Under the pieces are notes generated by a model. The model did not search any database. It was not told the origin of the DNA and saw nothing but the letters and a program-made list of their open reading frames with translations. From a virus, in the IMG/VR virus record IMGVR_UViG_3300032116_000032, positions 32,001 to 96,000 of that record: a stretch of DNA of 64,000 nucleotides; one strand, written 5' to 3'. The position numbers and the translations under genes were made by a program. The first letter of the stretch is position 1; the number at the start of each line of letters is the position of its first letter. Shown piece by piece: positions 49,339 to 58,673 of the stretch.

Positions 49339-52290
49339 ATGGCATTATTAACGGATCAAATACAAGCTACTGGAGTTTCTCTAACAGACTTAATTCACAT
49401 AGTAATAACTGGTGATACTTCTCAAAATCCTGCGGGATCATCTTTTAAAGCATCAATTTCTCAACTTGTTAGTTTAATTAGTGGTTCTACAGGAACAAAC
49501 GGTACATCAGGAACTAATGGAAGTAGTGGTACAAATGGAACTAACGGTACATCAGGAACTAATGGGTCTAGCGGTACTAATGGGTCTAGCGGTACTAATG
49601 GAACAAACGGTACTTCAGGAACAAATGGATCTAGCGGTACTAATGGAACAAACGGTACTTCAGGAACAAATGGATCTAGCGGTACTAATGGAACAAACGG
49701 TACTTCAGGAACAAATGGATCTAGCGGTACTAATGGAACAAACGGTACTTCAGGAACAAATGGATCTAGCGGTACAAATGGAACAAATGGATCTAGCGGT
49801 ACAAATGGAACTAATGGTACAAGCGGTCTAAGTGGTATTGGGTTATTTTTACCATTATCAGGGGGCACGGTTACGGGTAATACAATATTTAATGCCGGTT
49901 TAAGTGCGATAACAATATCGGCAACAACCTATCAAAACTTACCAAGTGATGTGATAATTATTGACTCAACACAGATTCAATCAGGATTTACAGGTGGAGT
50001 CTTGTTCCAAAGTTCAGCAAGTACGGTAAGTCAAACTACTGGATTTACTTGGGATAATGTAAATAAAAGGTTGGGAATTGGGACTAACACCCCTCTCTAT
50101 GACTTAGACGTTTATGGGTCTATCTATCAAAAAACCGGAGAATTATTAATTACATCCACAAGTGGTGTTAATAAAGAAGGTCCATTTATAGCATCAGACG
50201 GCGGAACTAACAGAACCATTCAATTAGGAATTTCAGACAATTCAACTGTACCTGTCGGCATTGATATGTTTGTAACTAACAATACATTCCCGCCAAGTTA
50301 CATGAACTTTAGAGTAAACGATGCTGATCTAGTTAGGATGTCTGGTAGTTCTGTTATAATTAGCGGTCTTACATATACAAGTGGTATAACCTCTACATCT
50401 AAAATAACATTTCCACAGCTGACAATTAATAGTTCATACACCATGACTGATAATGATTTTATGATTGATGTTACAGGAGGAACATTCAACGTACAATTAC
50501 TATCTGCCGTAGGAAGACAAGGAAGAATAGTTGTTATTAAAAATAATGGTGGAGGTGCAGTTACGGTAGTCCCTTATGGTAGTGAAACTATAGATCTAGC
50601 ACCATTTGTTATTTTAGGTGAAACAAACTCATTACAATTAGTAAGTAATGGTAGTTTTTGGGTTGCAATGTCTTATAATATCTCAACAGTAAACTCATCA
50701 ACAGGTGTTTTTGAATTTAGTGGTTTGACAAAGGCAAGTAATACCACATTTAATGTTGCCCCTGTTAAAGGTTGGATAGTTGATGATACAACTAATCCGT
50801 TGAGTCCCCAACTTTTATTTGTTTATTTTACTGGAGGAACGTATACTGATAGTTTTGTAACAACGGCTTTTGAGACATTTGTTTATTTAACAAGTGGTGC
50901 AACAATTGGACAACAATCAACACCACTAACTGAACAACAAAGAAGACAAAATATATTTTTAGGTAAAATAGGACACCCTGAAAAAGTTTCAATTAACTTA
51001 GTGTTTTCACAACCTGATTTTGTTTTATCACCATTATCTCAACTTCGTGATATGTTTGTACCTATTAATTTAATTAATGGGGGTGTATATCCATCAGCCA
51101 ACGGAGCAAACTTAAAATTCAACACAAGTGCCGGGTTTATATATGGATTAGGTATTAATTTTGCATCGAATACATTGAACCCAAATGCATTATCGATATC
51201 AGGAACAAGCCCTTGTACATTCCAATATAGAACACAAACAGGAGGAACGGTTACAAATGTTACAGATATTGACCCACTTAACTATGATGTTGGGGGTGTT
51301 ATAACTCCAATCACAGGTACTAAAGCCACAAACCAAAGAATTTACCTATTGCAAAATGGACAATTTAGAATTCAATATGGTCAAACCGAATATAACACTT
51401 TAGTACAGGCGATAGAAGCATTACAAACAGAAACATTCACAATATTCCCCAATTTTGTAAATAATGCCGTTCTTATTGGTATATTAACGGTGTTAAGTAC
51501 CGCAACGGATTTGACCGATACAACTAAAGCAAGATTCTTTTTTGCGTCTAAGTTTGGTGAAACTGTAGGTGCTACGGGGGGTGTGTCAACAACAAACCTA
51601 CAACAAGCTTATAATAACTCAGTACAACCTGAAATAACAACCAACTCAACTTTAGGTGCGTTCTCAATCAAAAATGGTACGGGTAATCCTGATGCCACCA
51701 CAAATTTATTTGAAGGAATTAATTCTGCAAATACTTTAACATCGGTAATCACTGCAAGAGGTACTATCACAGGGTCTAGTATTACTACAAATGGTGCTGT
51801 GACGGGAGCTACCGTAATTGGTGATGTTATATCGGGTAACACAGTGTCGGCCTCAACACTTAACCTTGCAGGATCACAAATAAATACTGCTTGGACATCT
51901 TATGTACCTGTTTTGACCGCAAGTGTAACTAATCCTGTAATTGGTAATGGAACCGTAGAAGGTTGGTATAAAATAGTTGGTAAAACATGTTTTGTGAGAG
52001 GAAATATTGTAATGGGATCAACAACAACATTTGGTGCAGGAGAATGGTATGTGTCAGTACCATTTACCGCGGCTCATGCTGATGCAATATTATTAAATGC
52101 TGACATATTAGATAATGGGACCGCTTGGTATAATGCATTTATAGCGGGTGCAAGAGCAGGATTTAATACCAAAGCGGCAATACAATATCAAAATACAGGA
52201 GGAACTACAGATAGTGTTTCACCAAGTACCCCATTTACTTGGACAACTGGTGATAGATTTTTATGGAATGGAAGTTATGAAATCGCATAG
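49339..52290 (+). CDS. Tail fibre / receptor-binding protein with collagen-like stalk
   Basis: 40 Gly-X-Y triplets, LPLSGGTVTG neck, RLGIGTNTP repeat motif, and a C-terminal WTSYVPVL...GWYKIVGKTCFVRG receptor-binding-type domain. Confidence 0.8.
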   Translation: MALLTDQIQATGVSLTDLIHIVITGDTSQNPAGSSFKASISQLVSLISGSTGTNGTSGTNGSSGTNGTNGTSGTNGSSGTNGSSGTNGTNGTSGTNGSSGTNGTNGTSGTNGSSGTNGTNGTSGTNGSSGTNGTNGTSGTNGSSGTNGTNGSSGTNGTNGTSGLSGIGLFLPLSGGTVTGNTIFNAGLSAITISATTYQNLPSDVIIIDSTQIQSGFTGGVLFQSSASTVSQTTGFTWDNVNKRLGIGTNTPLYDLDVYGSIYQKTGELLITSTSGVNKEGPFIASDGGTNRTIQLGISDNSTVPVGIDMFVTNNTFPPSYMNFRVNDADLVRMSGSSVIISGLTYTSGITSTSKITFPQLTINSSYTMTDNDFMIDVTGGTFNVQLLSAVGRQGRIVVIKNNGGGAVTVVPYGSETIDLAPFVILGETNSLQLVSNGSFWVAMSYNISTVNSSTGVFEFSGLTKASNTTFNVAPVKGWIVDDTTNPLSPQLLFVYFTGGTYTDSFVTTAFETFVYLTSGATIGQQSTPLTEQQRRQNIFLGKIGHPEKVSINLVFSQPDFVLSPLSQLRDMFVPINLINGGVYPSANGANLKFNTSAGFIYGLGINFASNTLNPNALSISGTSPCTFQYRTQTGGTVTNVTDIDPLNYDVGGVITPITGTKATNQRIYLLQNGQFRIQYGQTEYNTLVQAIEALQTETFTIFPNFVNNAVLIGILTVLSTATDLTDTTKARFFFASKFGETVGATGGVSTTNLQQAYNNSVQPEITTNSTLGAFSIKNGTGNPDATTNLFEGINSANTLTSVITARGTITGSSITTNGAVTGATVIGDVISGNTVSASTLNLAGSQINTAWTSYVPVLTASVTNPVIGNGTVEGWYKIVGKTCFVRGNIVMGSTTTFGAGEWYVSVPFTAAHADAILLNADILDNGTAWYNAFIAGARAGFNTKAAIQYQNTGGTTDSVSPSTPFTWTTGDRFLWNGSYEIA
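49591..49770 (+). repeat. Four exact tandem copies of a 45-bp unit (GTNGTNGTSGTNGSS) within the Gly-X-Y region 49483-49842
   Basis: ggtactaatggaacaaacggtacttcaggaacaaatggatctagc at 49591, 49636, 49681 and 49726. Confidence 0.95.
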
Positions 52291-52344
52291 ACTTTAAAAT
52301 TCAAAATTAATTCACTTTACCTTATTTTAATTTAATTTTCCTAT

Positions 52345-53325
52345 ATGGAAAATATGTTATTTGTTTCAGCACAACCCGATGTCCCCTACTTTATATGGCA
52401 AATAAAATTGTATGTTCATAATTTTATTGAAAAAGGAATCAACCCAAATCAAATACATGTTGTTTTAGGGTTAGTCAATAATGTAAACACACCATCTAAA
52501 GAATCAGAACAACTTAAAGAGTTAGGGGTTAATGTGCATTACTTTGTTGATCAAAGATCTAAAAAACATTATATACCAAGTATTAAACCATACCTCATCT
52601 CAAAGTGGATACAGTCAAATCCTGATTATGGAAAATTATTTTTCCTTCATGATGCTGACATTATTTTTAAAGAATTACCGAGTTTTGATCGGTTGTTAAA
52701 AGATGAGGTTAGTTATTTATCTGATACAATAGGATACATTGGATATAACTATATTATGGATTGTTGTGAAAGATATGAACAACAACACCCCAATTCAGAT
52801 AAAGGACAACTTATAAGTGAAATGGCAGATGTAATTGGTGTTGACGTTGAGACAATCAAAATTAATCAAGAAAATTCTGGTGGAGGACAATACCTAATCA
52901 AAAATACAAATTGTGAGTTATGGGATAAAATCTATAGAGACTCAACTACTATGTATGACAAGATGTTGGATTATCAAAAAAGATTCCCGATAAATCCAGG
53001 TCAAATACAATTTTGGACTGCTGAGATGTGGTCATTATTATGGAATTTATGGTTGTATAATATTGAAACTAAAGTTACAGAAGATCTTGATTTTTCTTGG
53101 GCAACGGATACCATAGAAACTTATGAAAAAAAACCAATACTTCATATGGCTGGTGTGACTGATAACCTAAGAGCTACAAAATTCTACAAAGGTGATTACA
53201 TTAATATAAACCCAATTTCTAAGTTGAGAGAAAACCCTAATCATTTTGATTACATAGATAAAGATAGTTCGACAATAAAATATATCGATAATATGAAATC
53301 TTATATTCAAAAATACAACATATGA
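52345..53325 (+). CDS. GT-A glycosyltransferase resembling peptidyl-serine alpha-galactosyltransferase / Hyp-O-arabinosyltransferase (GT96/GT95-like)
   Basis: Motifs in order: LFVS..DVPYFIWQ, HYIPSIKPYLISKW, FFLHDADIIF (DxD), GYIGY, SGGGQYLI, FWTAEMWS, ILHMAG. These parallel YFDWQ / YPAINKP / ILDADM / GG / WISEMY of plant SERGT1 as recalled, not searched. Confidence 0.75.
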   Translation: MENMLFVSAQPDVPYFIWQIKLYVHNFIEKGINPNQIHVVLGLVNNVNTPSKESEQLKELGVNVHYFVDQRSKKHYIPSIKPYLISKWIQSNPDYGKLFFLHDADIIFKELPSFDRLLKDEVSYLSDTIGYIGYNYIMDCCERYEQQHPNSDKGQLISEMADVIGVDVETIKINQENSGGGQYLIKNTNCELWDKIYRDSTTMYDKMLDYQKRFPINPGQIQFWTAEMWSLLWNLWLYNIETKVTEDLDFSWATDTIETYEKKPILHMAGVTDNLRATKFYKGDYININPISKLRENPNHFDYIDKDSSTIKYIDNMKSYIQKYNI

Positions 53326-53326
53326 T

Positions 53327-53334
53327 TATTTATT
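53327..53334 (+). promoter_or_regulatory. TATTTATT putative late promoter
   Basis: Motif 8 nt upstream of ATG 53343. Confidence 0.5.
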
Positions 53335-53342
53335 GTTAATAG

Positions 53343-55421
53343 ATGGTAGAAAATTGTTATATATTATATTCTTGCGACGGAAGTTACGAACCGATCATTT
53401 CAAACTTTAGTGGGTTGAGCGCTTATTCGGCATCATACATCTCTGTAAATTCGATAGATTCAGTAACAATAGAGGAGACTTGTTTTTATGTGTTAAGTTT
53501 AGGTGTGATAGACTGTACCATAACAAACGAAATAACAATTTCAACAGGGATAACATGCAATTGTCAATGTTATTGTTATTTTATAAGATCTGTGGTTCAA
53601 ACAACTGATGTTACATATGTTAATTGTAATGATGAAATTATTGTCGATACTATCCAAGAAGGATTAACTTATAATATTTGTAGTAAAGTTTATCCACAGT
53701 TTGATAATCAAGTACAAATCCCAATTAAATTAACTGACATTTGTGTTGATAACCAATGTCCACCAACAATCCCAACTGTAAAACCAACAAACGAATGTGA
53801 TGTTATTACTATATTCCCTATGGGAGTTACTTGTATAACACAACAACCTTCATCAGAAAGAAATTTTGACGGGGCGGTTGAATTAGTTGTAACAGGAGGA
53901 ACGCCACCTTATACTATATTTTGGGAAGTTGGAAGTTTTGCGCCAGCACTTACTAATCTTGGTGTTGGAGAATACTCAGCATCTGTTACGGATTATTATG
54001 GTGATTTCTCAGCATTTACAACTTGTGTTTTAACTGCTGAAACTATAAATTATTCAGGTATGTGTTTTGTATTAACAGGTGTAGTAGAGGATCAGTTAGT
54101 ATACATTAATTCAGAAGTAAAAGGGTTTAAAAATACCAAACCATACTTTGAAATACAATATGGTGTAAATCTTTTGGGTTACGTTTTTTGGGACCCAAGT
54201 TCGTCGAATAAATGGTTTTTTTGTCAAACATTAGATTGTCAATTATCACCATATAATACACTTATATTACCTGATGGATTATATCCTACAGGAACAACAG
54301 GTGATTGGCAAGTTGTTTCAGACACACCGTATTTAATTGTTGAATCAACAATTGGTAATTGTTCGCCACCAACAATACCTAAAGAACAGTTTCCTCTTTG
54401 TGCAACAATAGTTTTAAGATCGACAAAACCTGGTTCTGCAACAATCACATCACAGGTCCAACTTGACCCAAGTGTCGAAATAAATGGAGAACCTAGTTGG
54501 TCATCATCAACAGATCAATATGTTGTATATTGGAATAGCGGATCAACACCTGCTCAGTGGGTTATGACAGGGTTTACTAACCCATCAACATTGGTTTCAA
54601 ATAATGATCCTTCATATCCGCCTGTAAGTAATTGGCAGGTTTATGGTTCACCTGAAGTTTATAGTGTTGATATTACACAAGGTGAATGTTCAGAATCATA
54701 CATTGTATTAGCGTCTGCAATTGTAAATGATGCTCTATGTGGAGACAATGGTAATATTACCGTAAGTGCTTCGGGAGGAGATGCACCATATCAATATTCA
54801 ATAGACGGAGGAATATCATATCAACCATCACCAATATTTAGTAATGTTTTACCAGGAACTTACAGTGTATTTGTAAAAGACGTAAACACAACAATAGGTT
54901 CGTTTGGACCAGTGGTAGTTAATAACATACCAACCACCATTTATAATGTAACAATGAATGTAAATTACAATAATAATACTTTTACGTTAACCGCACCATC
55001 GTTACCTGTTGGAGCTACCTTAACAGTGGACGTGGTTATGTCATCAGTATTCAATTATTACCCACAAAGTTTAAGTCCAATACCTACATATAATAATTTT
55101 ACAACTATTAATGGTGTAGGTCTTATGACAAACATTAATACGACAGCTAATACATATCCTTTAGGTGGACCTTGTAGTGTTCCTGGACCATTGAATAATA
55201 CTCAAATTAGTAATACGTATTTAAACACAATAACATTAACAAGCGGTCAAGTTGTTACAGGTAGTACTACAAATAGTATTATTAATGCTCCTGTTACATC
55301 TTGCTCAAATGCTTTAGGGTATTATACACTATCCATAGCTAATGCAATGATAAACAACTGTCAATGTTGTGATGCGAATCTAATTAATACGGTTCCACCA
55401 GCACCACAATCAGTTTTATAA
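53343..55421 (+). CDS. Cys-rich virion protein with SprB repeats
   Basis: DGAVELVVTGGTPPYTIFW...LGVGEYSASVTD and CGDNGNITVSASGGDAPYQYSIDGG..YQ.SPIFSNVLPGTYSVFVKD. Confidence 0.75.
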   Translation: MVENCYILYSCDGSYEPIISNFSGLSAYSASYISVNSIDSVTIEETCFYVLSLGVIDCTITNEITISTGITCNCQCYCYFIRSVVQTTDVTYVNCNDEIIVDTIQEGLTYNICSKVYPQFDNQVQIPIKLTDICVDNQCPPTIPTVKPTNECDVITIFPMGVTCITQQPSSERNFDGAVELVVTGGTPPYTIFWEVGSFAPALTNLGVGEYSASVTDYYGDFSAFTTCVLTAETINYSGMCFVLTGVVEDQLVYINSEVKGFKNTKPYFEIQYGVNLLGYVFWDPSSSNKWFFCQTLDCQLSPYNTLILPDGLYPTGTTGDWQVVSDTPYLIVESTIGNCSPPTIPKEQFPLCATIVLRSTKPGSATITSQVQLDPSVEINGEPSWSSSTDQYVVYWNSGSTPAQWVMTGFTNPSTLVSNNDPSYPPVSNWQVYGSPEVYSVDITQGECSESYIVLASAIVNDALCGDNGNITVSASGGDAPYQYSIDGGISYQPSPIFSNVLPGTYSVFVKDVNTTIGSFGPVVVNNIPTTIYNVTMNVNYNNNTFTLTAPSLPVGATLTVDVVMSSVFNYYPQSLSPIPTYNNFTTINGVGLMTNINTTANTYPLGGPCSVPGPLNNTQISNTYLNTITLTSGQVVTGSTTNSIINAPVTSCSNALGYYTLSIANAMINNCQCCDANLINTVPPAPQSVL

Positions 55422-55435
55422 ATTGAATATAAGAA

Positions 55436-55443
55436 TATTTACA
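55436..55443 (+). promoter_or_regulatory. TATTTACA variant of the late motif
   Basis: One mismatch to the consensus, 4 nt upstream of ATG 55448. Confidence 0.35.
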
Positions 55444-55447
55444 ATAA

Positions 55448-57952
55448 ATGGCTTACATAATTAAAAATACATCTGGTTTAGTTAACACTCGTGTAACGGA
55501 TACAGGTAGACAAAAAATGTCTGAAGGTAATTTTAATATCTTGTACTTTGCAGTAGGGGATAGTGAAGTTTCATACAATGAATTACCATCAACATACAAT
55601 CAGGCTAATACTGTTGTATTAGAGCCACAGTTCAATGCGCAGAATAGTTCAGGTGTTCCTGAGTCAAATAGACAGTACATCAAATATCCATATTTAGTTG
55701 ATGAGGGACAAACAAACATATATGGTATTCCTTTTATGGATTCAGGTATTGAATCTGTTTATAATAGAGCAGCCATGAGAGGATTTTTCACAGGAAATAC
55801 AACAGCGTCTACTATAGATTGGAAAGCATTAGTTAACAACACATATGTTATCACACCAAATTATGTAGTTAATATGTCTACGTTGAACGGAACAAATCAA
55901 ATAAGTGTACAAAGAATGGACTGTAACGTTCAAAATAATAATACACCTAATGTTGGAGATTTTATAACAATATATTACGATGGAAGGGCAGAAACTGATT
56001 GTTCTTGTACTAATTTCCCTACACCAACACCTACACCTTCATTGTATAGTACACCAACACCTACACCAACACCAACAGGTACAAATTCAATACCATGTGC
56101 TTCACCAACACCAACACCTTCACCAACGCATACACCATGTTTAACACCAACACCAAGTGCTCAATGTCCCGTACCACCACCACCTGATTGTTTGAAAGAT
56201 GTGGTAAGTTGTTTTTCAATTTTAACTTATAGAATTGTTGAAGTTTGTGGTGATGTTTTAACGTTAGATAGAGAGACACCTGATTTTACAAATTTATCTA
56301 TTGATTGTTGGGCGAGAACATTAATTTATCCACCACAGATGGTTCCTTTGTATGATAGTTTTACACCTGAACCACATTGGAGTAAAAGTGTGATTGACTT
56401 CGAATCGGTTTGTGATACTGATCAGTTTGATGTTAAAATATGGAATATGAACATTCCTTGGACTGAGAGTCCTGCTGGTTTAGCGTCGGCTCAATTTCAA
56501 GACTATACAAAATTTGGTTCTATTAATTATATAGGACAAAAAGAATATTTTGGATACACTTCATCTGATGGTCAAACATCTACGGACGATGTGTATTACT
56601 ACAATTCTTTTGGTGAAAAAATTGTAGTTACACCTGAAGAACAAAAAACTATAGCAATTATACACTATACTAACCAAACCATTGATTTCTTCTATGGTGA
56701 AAAATTTGCATTAGAACCATACGACACTCAAAACCCTGAGAACACCCAAGGTCAAGCAAGAAATTTCAAGTTACATATGCCAACAATAATGTGGCATAAA
56801 AATCCTGAATGTTGTTTTGGACAAACGTTTTGGGTTGATCCTCCTGGATTTGACAATCAAAATTTATTTCAAGTTCAATATACTAAATCTAAGATTTCAC
56901 AACAAATGAATCAACCTGGACTTAGGTATTATAATCTTTGGGATACATTTGCACAACCTAATGGTCAACCAAGTAGAGTAGGTAAAGTTTACCCCGATTC
57001 AAAACTAATTGTTATTGACGACGAAGAATTGGTGGCCGCTCTATCATATAAATCAAATAGAAACTGGACATTACCGGCACCACAAGTGTCTTTAATAACA
57101 CCAAACACGTGTGGAACTTCAAATACTACAGGTGTTTTGACAGGAGGAGGAGAAACACTTTGGGTGACTTATAGATTATCAAATTCAAACACATTTACAA
57201 ATTCATTACATAGTAATTACTACACAAGTGTCGTTGGAACTGAAAATGTCTGTTCACCTGAAACACCAAAGAATGTTGCAATTAGATTTGGTGGAGATTT
57301 CCCATGTTTAGTACAACCTGGATTCTCACCAACAACTACAACCACAACATTTAATCCTGTAACCACATCAACAACTACAATTAATCCACCATATACAACA
57401 ACTACAACAACTCAGTGTCCTGTATGTACTGTTCCTGCTGGATTCTACGCACAACAGTTCCAAGTATTGGCTCAAAAAACATTATCGGGAGTAAGACCTG
57501 ATCCGGCACAATGGAGGTTAATTGATTTTACAAGTCAAATTGAACAATACTTCATTAATGGTTATGTAACGCAAGAATCTTTAACTGCAACTACTTTTGT
57601 TGTGACTGCAGAAAATTATGGAAGTGCACCTATATACAATCTAAACAATTACATAAGTTTAGTTCCTAATGGTGCTACAGGACAACAATTAAATTTTGGT
57701 GATGAATACTATTTCTACGGTAATTTAGAAACCGACATTCAAGCAACATTGTATGAGATGAAATATAAAATTAACTTAAGTGATAATGAATTCTTACTCT
57801 CTCAAAACCCAACTTGGACCCAAGGAACACCATCTTATGTTACAGAAATCGCTCTTTTAGATGAAAATAAAGATGTTTTAGTTATGTCTAAAATGCAATC
57901 ACCTATCTTAAGACAAGGAATTCAACAGTACGTTATCAAATTAGATTTCTAA
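55448..57952 (+). CDS. Tail-collar/fibre-attachment protein (DUF3751-like termini) with Pro-Thr and Thr-run insertions
   Basis: N-terminal TDTGRQKMSEGNFNILYFAVGDSEV and C-terminal VTEIALLDENKDVLVMSKMQSPI resemble fibre-attachment domains. Confidence 0.65.
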   Translation: MAYIIKNTSGLVNTRVTDTGRQKMSEGNFNILYFAVGDSEVSYNELPSTYNQANTVVLEPQFNAQNSSGVPESNRQYIKYPYLVDEGQTNIYGIPFMDSGIESVYNRAAMRGFFTGNTTASTIDWKALVNNTYVITPNYVVNMSTLNGTNQISVQRMDCNVQNNNTPNVGDFITIYYDGRAETDCSCTNFPTPTPTPSLYSTPTPTPTPTGTNSIPCASPTPTPSPTHTPCLTPTPSAQCPVPPPPDCLKDVVSCFSILTYRIVEVCGDVLTLDRETPDFTNLSIDCWARTLIYPPQMVPLYDSFTPEPHWSKSVIDFESVCDTDQFDVKIWNMNIPWTESPAGLASAQFQDYTKFGSINYIGQKEYFGYTSSDGQTSTDDVYYYNSFGEKIVVTPEEQKTIAIIHYTNQTIDFFYGEKFALEPYDTQNPENTQGQARNFKLHMPTIMWHKNPECCFGQTFWVDPPGFDNQNLFQVQYTKSKISQQMNQPGLRYYNLWDTFAQPNGQPSRVGKVYPDSKLIVIDDEELVAALSYKSNRNWTLPAPQVSLITPNTCGTSNTTGVLTGGGETLWVTYRLSNSNTFTNSLHSNYYTSVVGTENVCSPETPKNVAIRFGGDFPCLVQPGFSPTTTTTTFNPVTTSTTTINPPYTTTTTTQCPVCTVPAGFYAQQFQVLAQKTLSGVRPDPAQWRLIDFTSQIEQYFINGYVTQESLTATTFVVTAENYGSAPIYNLNNYISLVPNGATGQQLNFGDEYYFYGNLETDIQATLYEMKYKINLSDNEFLLSQNPTWTQGTPSYVTEIALLDENKDVLVMSKMQSPILRQGIQQYVIKLDF

Positions 57953-58006
57953 TAAAACTACAATTTTTATCTTCATAGTTTATAATATAAATAAAATAAT
58001 AGTTTT

Positions 58007-58615
58007 ATGGCAAAAAATTTAAAAAACTCCCCCAAAGTTTTGGGTCTTGATATTTCCACAAAAACCATAGGGTGGGCATTGTTTGATATTAAAACACAAG
58101 AATTACTTGAATTAACTCACATCTCACCAAGACCAAAAATGGAAAAAGATGAGGATGATAAATTAAAAGAATTATTGTTGAAATCAGAAATATTTGCCGA
58201 AAAACTTAAACAATATAAAGATTTAGGAATTGTTAGAATTATCATAGAAGAACCACTTTTGAATTCTAATAACATTTATACAATACAAACACTATTAAGA
58301 TTTAATAGTTTTGTGTTTAAAGAAATCTATAATATAATGGGAATTGTTCCTGAATTTATTTCAACTTACAACTCAAGAAAATTTGCATTCCCAGATTTAG
58401 TTCAAGAAAACGATAAGAAAAAATTTGTATTATTTGGTGGATTACCAAAAGACGTGGATAAGAAAATGATCATTTGGGAAAAAGTTGCAAAAAGAGAACC
58501 CCAAATTACATGGCATTATACAAAAAACAATACATTAAAGAAAGAAAATTTTGATCAAACAGACGCCTATACTTGTGTTTTAGGATTTATGAGATCAAAA
58601 GAAATTTGGAAATAA
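58007..58615 (+). CDS. ruvC: RuvC-like Holliday junction resolvase
   Basis: VLGLDISTKTIGWALFD, IIIEEPL and DQTDAY catalytic motifs. Confidence 0.8.
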   Translation: MAKNLKNSPKVLGLDISTKTIGWALFDIKTQELLELTHISPRPKMEKDEDDKLKELLLKSEIFAEKLKQYKDLGIVRIIIEEPLLNSNNIYTIQTLLRFNSFVFKEIYNIMGIVPEFISTYNSRKFAFPDLVQENDKKKFVLFGGLPKDVDKKMIIWEKVAKREPQITWHYTKNNTLKKENFDQTDAYTCVLGFMRSKEIWK

Positions 58616-58640
58616 TATCTTTTATATAACCGATAATTTG

Positions 58641-58672
58641 AAATATCGTCTTTTTAGACGATATTTTTTTTT
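58641..58672. terminator. Terminator between convergent genes (probably bidirectional)
   Basis: AAATATCGTCT-TTTT-AGACGATATTT stem with a T-run on +; lies between the convergent ruvC and Thr-rich genes. Confidence 0.8.
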
Positions 58673-58673
58673 A

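Noticed and set aside
49591-49770. 45-bp direct repeats as a possible CRISPR array
   Set aside because: The copies are contiguous with no spacers, are in frame with the Gly-X-Y coding repeat, and there are no cas genes nearby
49481-49831. Alternative-frame ORF with MDLAVLMEQTVLQEQ repeats
   Set aside because: A frame-shifted reading of the collagen DNA repeat with no independent evidence
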